Source of the DNA: Octopus vulgaris
Lineage: Eukaryota
DNA length: 64,000 bases
Assembly: GCA_951406725.2 (NCBI GenBank)
Contig: OX597815.1
Span: 184,450,001-184,514,000 of the forward strand
Direction: 5' to 3'
The notes under the pieces were generated by a model, which did no database searches, was not told the origin of the DNA, and saw nothing but the letters and a program-made list of their open reading frames with translations. Both the position numbers and the translations under genes were made by a program. Below are positions 1-13,052 of the stretch, piece after piece; the stretch's first letter is position 1, and every line of letters starts with the position of its first letter.

Positions 1-264
1 GAAAGAGCAGAAAGAAGAAATTTAGGAGAGTTTGACATGAAAAAGGAGAGGAAGGAAAACAGGTAACAAGGCAAAATGTTAGGTGTCACTACATTTCATT
101 CTCTCTCCCTCCCTTTCGCCGAGTCGTTTGAAACGATCTCTAGGCATATGGTAGTATATAAAATAATGGCACCAATACCGGAAAGATTTATTTCTTTACA
201 AGAATAGAAAAACGCTAACATCTGTAATTCCTCGATATGTATGTATGTGTGCAGACTGCAGACA

Positions 265-310
<46 letters not shown>

Positions 311-592
311 CATACACAAATGTAAAGTATAACAACACGCAAACAGATATATTATACAAGTCCACTTGGCAATCTTCTTTAAAGGACAACATCACGATGA
401 GATTTCGAAATGCTTCTGTCTACTAAAGTTTACCGATGGTATTAATCAATTCGAGGCAAATATAGGATATTATATGTTTACATATGACTTTATCTAGACT
501 TGTATATATATATATATAAGTGTGTGTGTATACATACATACATATCTATCTGTAGATGTGTGTACATGTAGATATATGTACGTATTTGTATA

Positions 593-1470
593 CAGGTGAT
601 CTGACCAATTAGTATCCGGGCTGTTGCCATAGTAACGAAGCCAAAGCACGCAGAGTAAAGCCGCTTAGCATAGATCGACTTTCAACTCTGCTGTGAATAC
701 GCACTAAGTTTGAACGTTCAGGAAAACTTCCGCTGAGATGGTGACTGCAGTGCTTGGAAGGAAGGTGTGTAGCATGGGATCATCGCATTAACAGAGAAAG
801 CTGAACTGAGAATTTTCGTAAAATTTTGCCAAAAGCTTGGTGATACCTGCTGAGAGGTCTGCGCAGAGTTTTCAAAAGGCTTTCATCGTTCTCGACTCAA
901 TCAAGGAAATCTTGTGCAACTGAAACCCGAATGTCTTTTTGCTCAGTTGAAAGAAACTTGGCAGACACGTGTTTCATACCCAAATCTTCATTTTAATGGA
1001 CTGAACTGAACCGTGACTAATCTGCACATACTCTGATAACTCGCGGACGGTGATTCGACGATTGCCCCTCACAACAACCCGCACATCTGCGATATTTTTC
1101 TCAATTCTCCTGGTTACAAGTCTCCCAGAACGTTCGTCAATATCGACATTCTTTGCCCATCTTGGAAACGTCGGAATCACGCGTACACTTGTGTGAGGCT
1201 CATACACTCTTCTCCATACACTGCCTGCAACTTTTCGTAGGATTCTGAACAGCTATCGTCATGACAACTTTCTCTATCATGGTCAATGCAACGATCACAT
1301 GTTACACGCCTTACTTTCAAGCCCAGCTGTAAACAGCGGAAGTGAGCTACAACGTTAAAACAAAATTTGCATGCAAGGCAGCGTTCAAGGTTAACATTTG
1401 TCAGGCGGTTTTTGCGTGCTTTAGCTCCGTTACTGTGGCAACAGACCGGATGCTTATTGGTCATACCTCA
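593..1470. mobile_element. Non-autonomous mariner-derived foldback element made of two inward-facing 5' ends
   Basis: ~60 bp imperfect TIRs (ctgaccaattagtatccgggctgttgccatagtaacgaagccaaagcacgca vs tgcgtgctttagctccgttactgtggcaacagaccggatgcttattggtca), TA-flanked. Mariner transposase N-terminal fragments on + (~790-870, ELRIFVKFCQKLGD) and on - (~960-1270, ERSGR...NRRITVRELSE...SHGSVQSI, HTH region). Confidence 0.75.
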
Positions 1471-1529
1471 TACAGTTGCATGTATGGGTTTTCGTGTCTA
1501 TATCTACATGCATTATTTATAGTTAATGT

Positions 1530-2120
1530 AAGGCGGCGAGCTGGCAGAAACGTTAGCACACCGGGCGAAATGCTTAGCGGTATTTCGTCTCCCGTTACGT
1601 TCTGAGTTCAAATTCCGCCTAGTTCGACTTTGCCTTTAATCCTTTCGGGGTCGATAAATTAAGTATCAGTTACGCACTGGTGTCGATGTAATCGACTTAA
1701 TCAGTTTGTCTGTCTTTCTTTTGTCCCTTCTGTGTTTAGCCCCTTGTGGGTAGTAAAGAAATAGGTTTTTCATCTGTCTTTAAATTCTGAGTGCAAATTC
1801 CGCCGAGGTCGACTTTGCCTTTCGGACTTGCAGGTCGATAAATTAAGTACCGGGTCCGTACTAAGGTCAATCTAATCGACTGGCCCCCTCCCCAAATGTT
1901 TTAGGTCTTGTACCTATAGTAGAAAAGAATTGTTAGCACATTGGGCAAAAATGCTTAGCGACATCTCGCCTGTCTTTATGTTCTGAGTTCGAATTCCACT
2001 GAGGTCGACTTTGCCTTACTTCCATATACGATAAATTAAATACCAGTTGCGTACTTGGGTCGATCCAATCGACTGGCTCCTTCCCCAAATATTTCGGACC
2101 TTGTAACTAGAGTAGAAAAT
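1530..2120 (+). mobile_element. tRNA-derived SINE family B (Deu/Nin-like central domain), tandem trimer
   Basis: Head aggcggcgagctggcagaa, B-box-like gagttcaaattcc, central gcctttcatcctttcggggtcgataaattaagtaccag-type domain; three head-to-tail units. Confidence 0.8.
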
Positions 2121-2692
2121 ATTATTTTTACTAAATGAGTATATAGATATTTTTGCGACTATGAGATCGTGTATCTCAGTGTGGCTTATATGTACAAAAT
2201 AGTGTGCGGTCGTATGAGTTTATCTTTTAGTACGTTAATGCTTTCTTTGTATTTACTCCTGTGCAGATGCGAATAGTGTTTTTACTACAGTACATTGGAG
2301 TAGAGAATATTTTAACGTGTGGTTAGAAGATATGATTAAAATTACGGCCCTTAAACTTATGCGTGGTCTTTTCATCTTTTAATCCAATACTCAATACTAT
2401 TTTATGGTTTAATCTTTTATAGTTTCTACTGTATGTTCCCTATTTAATTCGTTTATATTATATTCTTATATATACTTTTATAACCTTTTCAAAAACTATA
2501 TATTTTTACTTTCTTCACACTGATTATAACCACTTCCCTTTCTCTTTCTGTCCGTTACTGTTTTTTTGTCAAAATTAAGGAAGGTCATATCCCCGAACTT
2601 AGCTCTAATACATTAATTACTATGAAACAATATATCCTTATTTTTACTTTCCATAGCAATACTAATTATTTCTAGTCTCGATCTTCCATATA

Positions 2693-3073
2693 TCTTTATA
2701 TATAAAAGTCAAGTTGTGTGTCTGTCTCCTACGATTTAGATTCCTAACTACTCCCACATTTTGCGGTGCAGTTTAACCAAAACCGGGTATCTTATAGTCG
2801 TGATTCATATCGAGCCCTTCTGGGTATTAGCGCGCGTCTACGATTTAAAAAAAAAATTACCATCATTTTTTTCCATTTTGATGCATTTTTTCGTTAATAT
2901 ATAAGGGAAGTAACTCTCTAAAGATGTCTACGATGAGTCAACGATTTAAAAAAATTTACAATTTTTTTTTCCATTTAAATGCATTTTTTTGCTATTTTTT
3001 TCTATAACTCTCTAAAAATGCTTATATAGTTATTTCCCTTACAAACCCGAGCAACGCCGGGCGATACTGCTAG
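2693..3073 (+). mobile_element. Non-autonomous Helitron
   Basis: Starts TC (a|tctttatatataaaag) and ends CTAG|t; subterminal hairpin cccgagcaacgccggg; inserted at an AT dinucleotide with no TSD; homologous to 43547-43938. Confidence 0.85.
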
Positions 3074-3469
3074 TTGAATATAAAAACTGAAAATTTGGTA
3101 TGTATACTCAGAGTTGAAACGTCAGTGTAACAATGTCCTGGAAATCTGATAAGGGAGCTCGCTTTATTTGTATTCATTTGTAAATACGCTATTGTATTGT
3201 ATTGCATCTAGTACTAATATTGATGCAGACGTTTACCATAATTTATTTTACAGTGAAATCGTGTATGTGCGGTTAAGTCCTCAAAAGTTAGCGGCTCGGC
3301 AAATGATCCCGAAAGAACAGGTGTCGGGTTTAAGCAATAAGTTATGGGTTATTCTTTCGGCTAAAATGCTTCAATGTCGTGCTCCAACGCGGCCGCAGTC
3401 TAATGATTGAGAAAGTAAAAGATAGATTCACAGAGAGAGAGACAGACAGACAGATACATATACGTGCAT

Positions 3470-3887
3470 AAGGCGGCGAGCTGGCTGAAACGTTAGCGCG
3501 TCAGGCGAAATGCTTAGCGGTATTTCGTCTGGCGCTACGTTCTGAGTTCAAATTCCGTCGAGGTCGACTTTGCCTTTCATCCTTTCGGGGTCGATAAATT
3601 AAGTACCAGTTACGCACTGGGATCGATGTAATCGACTTAATACCTATATCTGTCCTTGTTTGTCCCCTCTGTGTTTAGCCCCTTGTGGGTAATAAAGAAA
3701 TAGGTATTTCGTCTGGCGCTACGTTCTGAGTTCAAATTCCGCCGAGGTCGACTTTGCCTTTCATCCTTTCGGGGTTGATTAAATAAGTACCAGTTACGCA
3801 CTGGGGTCCATATAATCGACTTAATCCGTTTGTCTGTCCTTGTTTGTCCTCTCTGTCTTTAGCCCCTTGTGGGTAGTAAAGAAATAG
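3470..3887 (+). mobile_element. SINE family B, tandem dimer (184 bp period)
   Basis: Same head and body as 1530; the second unit restarts at ggtatttcgtctggcgctacgt (3519 vs 3703). Confidence 0.85.
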
Positions 3888-4963
3888 ATGCATATACGTG
3901 CATTTATACATATACACGCAAATGTAAATACAGATGTATATGAAAGGAGACCGAAGGATGGGCAGATACATAGAAACACAAGGAAATACAGATAGATGAG
4001 TGTGTGTGTGTGTGTGTGTGTGTGTGCTTTTGTTTGTGTGTAAGAATAGAGGAACGGATTTGCGGATGGATGGATAGATAGATAGATAGACAGAACACGA
4101 ACAAAAGTATATAAGTAGACCGATAAATAGACACAGGTGCAGATGTATTGAAGCGCAGAGGATGTAGAGTACTTTAAAATACTTCGTTCGTGAATGTTTG
4201 CCGTATGTATGGTATATGCATGCATGTGTTTATGTATGTGTATATATGTGCAGATGCATAAACTTGGTAAGGTTTGTATACATACATATGCACATGCATA
4301 CATACATATACATATATATATAAACATACATATATATATAAACACACATATATATATAAACACACATATATATATGTATGTATATATAAATACATGTATG
4401 TATATATATATATATATACATACATATATACACATACAAATATGCACACACACACACATATATATATGCACACACACACACACACACTATATATATATAT
4501 ATATATATATATACAGACATACCTATCTGTGTGTGTAGAACAGAACACATTACTTGTAAACTTCGCCGAGTAGAAGCTACAGAAAAATACAGGTGCACAA
4601 ACAAAAATTTATAGATTCTTCAGGCGATGCGAGACGTTGTTCAAATGATAGATATTAATACCTACATGGAAACACTCCCATAAACATAGACGGAATCCTT
4701 CACATACATATGCAGGTGCGTGTGTGTATGTGTGTGTGTGATTGCGTATATTTATGCATATAACGTGTATGGTAGGAATAGTAATACAATGAGCAAAAAA
4801 AGCAAAACATGTATAATTCCAGAACCAAGAACAATAGAAGAGATATAGATATTCTCGGAGGTGTTGAACCATATGTAAGTATGCATGTATATATGTACGT
4901 GCGCGTATGGATATATACATTCACTGAATCCACAACACCCCCATACACAAGTACACACCGTGC

Positions 4964-5130
4964 CACACCGTCGGTTACGATGACGAGGGTTCTAGTTGAT
5001 CCGATCAACGGAACAGCCTGCTCGTGAAATTAACGCGCAAGTGGCTGAGCACTCCACAGATACGTGTACCTTTAATGTAGTTCTCGGGGTAAAATTCAGC
5101 GTGACACAGAGTGTGGCAAGGCTGGCTCTT
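4964..5130 (-). mobile_element. SINE family C, 3' part
   Basis: Reverse complement of the 3' half of 8886-9197 and 42933-43248. Confidence 0.75.
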
Positions 5131-5827
5131 TTGAGAAACAAGTACAACAGAAACAGGAAGAAAGAGTGAGAGAAAGTTGTGGGGAGGAAGTAAAGCAGAG
5201 AATGGGAATTTGTCTCTCTATATGTAAATACTAATAATAAAATACAAATATACATTAATACTTGTGTGTGTATTTTATACAAACACACACGCACACACAT
5301 GTACACACACAGATATATATATATATATATACACACACACGTACGCTGTTATATGTGTATATAAATATACAACATGGAACAAAAATGCAATAGAGGACAA
5401 TAAAACATCTGGACAGAAGAAACAACAATTAGAGGAACAGGAAGAAAAGGACGGGTCATTCATGACCTTCTTTCGTCAGAGAAGTTACCAGATGTCCTTA
5501 CAGTTTCAGCTATTTATATATATATATGTGTGTGTATATATATACACACACACACACACATATGCAGGAAGTAAATAGACACCATTAATTTTCAAAATGT
5601 ATATACATATATACGATAAGCTTCTTTCAGTTTTCGTCTAACAAATCCAAATGAATTTCTTGTGTTTGACGGCATGAGCTGTCTTTTTTATATATAACTT
5701 TTTTTTGATAAGGTTCATTTCAGGAACTGAAACATGTTATAATGTATATATAAAAATTAAAAATTGTATAATACAGCAGCATTTTCGAACTTCATTTTTT
5801 ACAAATATATATATATATATATGTATA

Positions 5828-6105
5828 GGCGCAGCGTGGCTGTGTGGTAAGAAAGTTCTCCTCAATCACGTGGTTCCTGGTTCAGTTCCACTGCGTGAGC
5901 AGCTTGGGCATGTCTCTTCTATTGTAGCCTCGCGCCGACTTCAACCCTGTGAGTTAACTTGGTGGACAGAAACTGAAAGAATCCTCGTATATATATTGGC
6001 CTGCTCGCTTAGCCAGCGGGGTGGCGTCATTTGAAGGCTAAAACAATGCGAAGCGCATTGTGACCAGCGATGTGCAGCAGCATCTGATAGCCTGGTCGGT
6101 CACGG

Positions 6106-6161
<56 letters not shown>

Positions 6162-6220
6162 GTGTGTGTATGTGCTTGTCCCCACCTTAATCGTTTAAGA
6201 ACCGATTCTGGTGTGTTTAT
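5828..6220 (+). mobile_element. tRNA-derived SINE family A (CORE-like) with a nested insert in its internal microsatellite
   Basis: Head ggcgcagcgtggctgtgtggtaag...ggttcagttcca, cttgggcatgtc core; homologous to 45718-46173; unrelated ~110 bp at ~5998-6108. Confidence 0.7.
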
Positions 6221-6299
6221 ATATACATATACAAACATGAGTTTGTGTATCTGTGTGTGATTGAGTGTAATACATACGTTTGAGTGCATTTATGCCACA

Positions 6300-6920
6300 C
6301 CCTTAAAAGATTAATAACACCTCAGAGATGCTTGATTGAAGGACAGAACACAAACAATTTTCAGCTTTTGTAAAAACATTGTAAAGCAGCTTGAGCGATG
6401 CACTTGGCGGTTTCCAACTATGCATTAATGCAGAAGTTGGCACAGTAAACTTAACAAGAGAGTAAATGTACATAAAGATTATCACATTTATATATAATCT
6501 CTTCACCTATCGATCATCAATGTCTAAAGTAAAATCAATACAACTGACCCAGACATAAATTTATAAAGTTCAGTGATCTGAAATGCTGAGAGAATTCGAT
6601 AAGGTGTCTGAAATGCAGAATCTATTTCATATGTTTTTCCCTTGTATGCTTACTCTCTGACAACCCTCCCTTAATTTATCGCTCTTGTTATTCCTAGTAA
6701 TAAATTATTGTCTCTCTCTGTATCCATCACCGTCATGGAGTTACTTTCTGTCTGTATTGCATAACACAAATCTCTCTCTATGTATAAAGCTGAAATTGTC
6801 TGTGCATGGCAGGTTTGGTAGCCTTCAACTAACTCTATCTCCTCCGAGACCCTGCAGCACATGTTGACCAAAAGTGAGAGAATGATAGAAGAAGGCTTGC
6901 CCTTCCTTCCGTAGAAAAAG
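6300..6920 (-). pseudogene. Highly decayed LINE (RTE-like?) RT fragment
   Basis: Only weak motif remnants on the minus strand (GRKGKPSSIILSLLVN, resembling RT motif B; a YLGS-like segment). Confidence 0.3.
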
Positions 6921-6929
6921 AAATTCAAA

Positions 6930-7167
6930 TCGGACCATGTTAACACCAAAAATTATTGACATCAAAAAAGTGGCGTTTTTTCTATGAAAATCCCTATCTT
7001 TTATGATTTTTTTTACTGTTGTGTTGCCAGGTTTTCGGTGTATTTCAACCAGAAAAATGTTCACTTAAAGAGAATAACAAGCTACATAATGCAAACTTTT
7101 TACTTTTCAAAAATTCCAATTCTAAAGAGTCGAAACAAACCCGAGCAACGCCGGGCGATATCGCTAG
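6930..7167 (+). mobile_element. Helitron 3' end fragment
   Basis: aaacccgagcaacgccgggcgatatcgctag|t hairpin plus CTAG terminus; 5' boundary uncertain. Confidence 0.65.
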
Positions 7168-7184
7168 TATATATATATTCTTTT

Positions 7185-7530
7185 ACTATTTTACTCGTTT
7201 CATCCATGCGACTGCAGTCATGCTAGAGCACCACCATGATCTTGCTAGTTTCCCCAGTCTGGGGATGTTTCACATCACCACTCATGTATGTGCTTTCGCT
7301 CTAGCTGTTGGACCATTTTGGTGTGTAAGTGAGTTTGTCTGCGCTGCACTGGCCTGTACATCATGTCAGTCTGTTGTTTCAGCCAGTACTGGGGAGAGGA
7401 GAATGTCTAGTTCTTTTTTGAAGACATCTACTTCCACCTTATGCTTTTGTAGCAGGGCATTGAAGAACTGTGGGCCTTTGAACCCAAGGCTATTTCAGTA
7501 CCTTGTCCTGAATGTACAAGGAGTGGTTGA
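7185..7530 (-). mobile_element. CR1-like LINE 3' fragment with tail
   Basis: Minus strand translates NSLGFKGPQFFNALL...VDVFKKELD, homologous to the C-terminal end of the LINEs at 13955 and 60420; it is followed by the ggtggtgctctagcatgactgcagtc tail. Confidence 0.7.
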
Positions 7531-8037
7531 TATATCTACTTCTATTAGGGATGGTTTCATTCAAGGAAATAGTGGTTCAGTACCTATAATTTTGGGGGAA
7601 TTAATTTCCTTAGAATAATAGGTGTATATATATATATATATATATATATAGTTTATATTCATAGAAAAGAAAATGGAGATTAGGAAGTTAATTGTATATT
7701 ATTAAGAAATCAATCATCATCCATTAAACCTGTTTCAGTTGATACTCAATGAATACTAATGAAGTATTAAATTCATATGACCTGAGTATAATATCTTCAG
7801 AAGCGAAGAAATATACCTTTGGATGCTGTATATGCGTTTACGGATTCCAATGACTAGTGAAAAGATTGCAAGACGCATCGAAAATTCTGGGAAATAATTA
7901 ATAAATAAATGCGCGGGAAATCAAACTGATGAATGTGTTAAGTAATAAGGCATTAAAGAGAATGACTCACCCCTGACAATAAAATATGCTTCAACACACG
8001 AATTCGCATAAAGAGTTTTGCAAACCAAATACAAAAA

Positions 8038-8090
<53 letters not shown>

Positions 8091-8885
8091 TCATTAAAGT
8101 GATACAGGGTAGTACGAACATTACCAGAAATAGGAGTCGAAACAGCTTAATAGCCACTGAAGCACTATCTTAACAAATGAGGGGAAATAGAAAACGGATT
8201 TAGCAAGAAACTTTAGTCAGCATAACGATCGTTTCAGCCTATTCTATCCACATCTATCCCTTACGGGTAAGACATTGTACACCTAGTTGTGCTGCACCCA
8301 TCAATGTAGGCTGTGTGTCGTCCGGTGTTTTGAGTGACTAAGATACGTTACTGCGTATACTTAATTTCGCTTGGCATGTTATCGCCCGTAGGATGTTAAC
8401 TACGCTGACATACGATGGCATAATTTCGGGATTATAACCAGTAGACGGGCCTGACAATACTTAAAAGTGAATAAATAAGATAAATTGCAAGAATAAAATT
8501 TATAGAATAAAACCTGACAAAACATACAAATTGAAAGACAAAATGAAGGAATAAAAGTATACACTTGTTGTTTTGAACACATATATAAACGCCTGTATTG
8601 GTGGAGGCAACACAACTAACTGTACAATATCACACACGTAAGGCACAGGAGCGGGACGGGTTAAAAAGATGGTTGAGATGAACAAAAAGGCTTGCTAAAT
8701 CTATTTTCTGTTTGCCTCATTCCTCATAAACTCAAAGAACCACTGCAGAATTCCTGACATAGATCCAGTGACAATTATATCGTAGCTGTGCATGACATCA
8801 GGTAGACTAAATGGTGAAAATACTCTAAATCGTATACTGCTACACGTATGCACAAATTTCAAATAATTACTTATATATGTATATA

Positions 8886-9197
8886 GGCGCATGGCTTAAT
8901 GGTTAGAGCATTCGGCTCACGAACTTAAGATCGCCAGTTCAATTCCTGGCAACGCGTTGTCTCCTGGACCAAGACACTTTATTTTTACGTTGCTCCAGTC
9001 CACTCAACTGGTAAAAAGGAGTAGTACATGTATCTCAAAGGGCCAGCCTTGTCACAGTGCGTCAAACACAGTCTCCCTGGGAACTACGTTAAAGGTAATG
9101 TCTGTGCAGTGCTCAGCCACTTGCACGTTAATTTCACAAGCATGCTGTTCCGTTGATCGTATCAGCTGGGACCCTCGTCGTCGAATCCGACGGAGTA
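8886..9197 (+). mobile_element. tRNA-derived SINE family C, full length
   Basis: A/B-box-like ggcgcatggcttaatggttag...agttcaattcc, then caagacactttat; homologous to 42933-43248. Confidence 0.8.
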
Positions 9198-9492
9198 CTC
9201 CTCTATCTATCTATCTATCTATCTATATATCTATATATATCCAAAAATATACATGTATATATATACACATACATATATACACACACACATATATATATAT
9301 ATACACACATATATATACACACGCACACACATATATATATACACACATATATATACACACACACATATATACATACACACACACATATATATACACACGC
9401 ACACACATATATATATATCTACAAATATATATATATCTACACACACACATATATATACATACACACACACACATATATATATATACACACAC

Positions 9493-9527
<35 letters not shown>

Positions 9528-9536
9528 TATATATAT

Positions 9537-9571
<35 letters not shown>

Positions 9572-9579
9572 CAAATATA

Positions 9580-9807
9580 CTTTTACTCTTTACATATTTC
9601 AGTCAGTTGACTGTATACATGCACAAATACACTTTTACGCCTTTAGTCTATTTCAAATCGACCCCAGGACTTATTCTTTGTAAGTCTAGTACTTGTTCTA
9701 TCGGGTATCCTTTGGGGAACCGCTCAGTGATGGGGACTTAAACACACTAGCATCGGTTGTCAAGCGATGTTGGGGGGACAAACACAGACACACAACCATA
9801 CACACAC

Positions 9808-9852
<45 letters not shown>

Positions 9853-10006
9853 TACGACGGGCTTCTTTCAGTTTCCGTCTACCAAATCCGCTCACAAGGC
9901 TGTGGTTGGCCCGAGGCTATTGTAGAAGACACCCAAGGTGCCACGCCGTGGAACTGAACCCGGAACCTTGTGGCTCGTAAGGAAGCTACTTAACACAGCC
10001 ACGCCT
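9580..10006 (-). mobile_element. SINE family A
   Basis: Reverse complement of 45718-46173, including the internal (TA)n tract. Confidence 0.8.
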
Positions 10007-10008
10007 AC

Positions 10009-10041
<33 letters not shown>

Positions 10042-10151
10042 AATTTATATATATAAATATATATCTATACACACACACAAATATATATATATATGCACAC
10101 ACATACACATATATATATATATGCACACACATACATATATATATATATATG

Positions 10152-10193
<42 letters not shown>

Positions 10194-10284
10194 AATATGT
10201 ATATATACACCGATATATGTACATATATATATATATATACACACATACATGCATATATATACACAAATACATGCATATATATAC

Positions 10285-10331
<47 letters not shown>

Positions 10332-10549
10332 TATACGCAAGAATGCATTTATACATGTATGAATGTATCTCCGTAAGATTCTATTGAGACGTATGTATGT
10401 GTTCGCTTGTCAGCTAAAACAACCTAATGACAGTAAGTAAATTTACACAATAAAATTTTACACGAAATAAAATAGAAGGAAGTATATCTTTCCTATGTGC
10501 GCTTCTGACAGCCAGATGCATTAGAGGAAAAACTGACCCTGTCTATTCG

Positions 10550-11200
10550 ATTAGTGTTCATTTATTTAGAGACCTATCAAGTGATTGCTATATGTCAGAA
10601 TTCACTAAGACATTAATTCTATATTACGCTCCCGAAATATCGTTTGAAGAATGACGAGAAAACAATGTGAATATTTTGCTCATAATTCATGTTACCACGC
10701 TTCATATATCATCATTGTATTTGGGGACATATTTGCTCCCATTAGGACATGAATTTAATTCGTTGTGTTTATTCAATGCGTGGGTGTATCATTTTTGAAT
10801 TGAAAGTTCGTTTCAGGAGACAACGATTTCAGAATATAATTGATTAAGTGAACCAAACGCTTCAGCTCCGAGACCCAAATTCATAATATTGACTTTTATT
10901 ATTATATTTCAAATAACCAGTATTTATTTCTTGTATTGTGTCCAGTCTTGTTTGCAACTTTATGAATATGATGATGGTTGACTTTATAATTTGATTTTCG
11001 AAGGAAGTTGTCATTGAATTATCGTATATTTATATTGAAAATATAGATAATGGTATTCCTCGAGATCCATTGTTGCACTGGTTCGGAAACTGGATCATTT
11101 CTTCCTCCTCATAACGTGGTATAAAAACCCTCGAAGAAGAATGTTTTACACATCTTTTAAATAAACTCAACAATTGTCATCTTACAACAAATACACACAC
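10550..11200 (-). pseudogene. Decayed Penelope-like RT fragment
   Basis: Minus-strand remnants NFQFKN, VLMGANMSP (G.xMG motif) and FFKRYF in the expected order, with many frameshifts; boundaries uncertain. Confidence 0.4.
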
Positions 11201-12542
11201 ACAAACACCCAACGACACACGAGCCACAGCTGCAACAGATAGACATTACCAGATCAAGCCGTCTAACCAAAAGCACAAAATAAACATCTTAGAAATAACG
11301 AATAATATCAAGCGTTTTATAAATAAACCAAATGATTCTCAGACGAAGCTGTCTATTGTCAGTCTTGTAGAGTTCATGTTCTAATATTTATTTCCTATAA
11401 GAAAGTGAGGCTTGGAGAGTCATCTCAGAATGATTTCTTTTACGATACACGGTACTGATGATAGTCAAGTATCTAGAAAATCATTCACCACAGGACATTA
11501 TGAAATGACTTTTCGTGTTTAAATAACTATTGCTAAAAGTAAAAATTATTCTCAAACGCAAACCTGATTAAAGGGGTTTTCTTCTGGCCTAATATGTGCC
11601 AGATATATCTGAAATGGTCTAAATGTTTGCTCACGTGAGATGAATATTTTGAGATCCATAACATTGCGTTCGTTTCGCAGTCAATACCATGGAAAAACAA
11701 TTTATCTTAGTGCATAATAAATTATTCTATATATCTGCATTAGTGTACATGTTTCGAATTATATAGTACTATTGTAGAATTTCCAAGGTAATACAGGTAC
11801 AGAAGGCTAAATCTTCAGATCATAGAATATCATGGAAACCTTCATTCTTTAACTCAATGTATACATGCAAAAGAAAATATAATCTCCGAAGTATTAATGT
11901 ATGGAAGACAATAGTTGATAAAACATTTTTCTATAGAACGAAGGAGGAGATTTCGTGAGATATTAAGAAGTAAAGTTTGTTGTTTAATATTTTACTAAAT
12001 GTTCCCCGTCCCTTTTATAGGATTAGTTTTATTAATTACTGTTTTCCATTCATTATTGTTACGAAGATAATCTTTTGCTTTCATATATATATATATGATT
12101 TAAATAAGGAGAGTAATAAATTGAATAGTAATTTAATTAACATCAATTTAAAACCAGTGGCCTAGCATATAGAAAAATCTGAAAATTCATAAAAGATGTA
12201 TTACATGTGTATAAGAAGGGATGACCACTAAGTGGACATCCAATATTCCAGAAATAGATCACCTACGATCTAACCACAAACGAAAAGAATGTTCTGTAGA
12301 AAAATCCACCAAACACCAGCAAACACAAACGCCAAGCGCAAATGAAATAAAAGTTCTTAAAATTATTTAAATGTTTCTATCTACGAATTTGAAAAATACT
12401 CATTCTTGTGCAGTGAAAATGATTTTTGAATTTCGCAAGTTACACTAAGTTTTGCCGAAGATAAAACATTATAGCATTTCCCTACGAACTACCGCGCAGT
12501 TATTGTAAGTATATATATATATATATATATATTGTATATAAC

Positions 12543-12776
12543 GCGTTGCTTAGTGGTCAGGGTGTCAGCATCATGATCATAAGATTGTAGTTTCGATTCC
12601 TGGACCGGGCGACGCCTTGTGTTCTTGAGCAAAATACTACTTGCTCCGATCCACTCAGCTAGCAAAAATGAGTAACGCTGCGATGGACTGGCGCCCCGTC
12701 CAGCTGGGGAACACATACTCCATTCAAACCGGGAAACCGGGCCCATGAGCCTGGCTGGGCTTTGAAAGGGCGCATT
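12543..12776 (+). mobile_element. tRNA-derived SINE with family C head and V-domain-like body
   Basis: tRNA-like head, ttgtgttcttgagcaaaa, then ctgcgatggactggcgccccgtccag; homologous to 45503-45708. Confidence 0.7.
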
Positions 12777-12864
12777 TATTTATATTTTTATTATTATTGT
12801 ATATAACGAAGTATAAAATAAGGCCAGTCCGAATTCTGATGTAAGAATTACTTATATTGGTCTC

Positions 12865-13052
12865 GAATATTGGCACAAGGTCAGCAATTTCGGGAGAACA
12901 AGAAAGTCGATGACATCGATCCCAGTGTCCAAATGGCACTTATTATATCGACCCCGAAAGGATAAAAGGCAAAGTCGACCGCGGCAGAATTTGAACTCAG
13001 AATGTAAAGACGGACGAAGTGCCGCTAAATAATTTATCCGGCGTAGTAACTG
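12865..13052 (-). mobile_element. SINE family B
   Basis: atcgaccccgaaaggataaaaggcaaagtcgacc...gaatttgaactcagaa is the reverse complement of the family B body. Confidence 0.75.
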
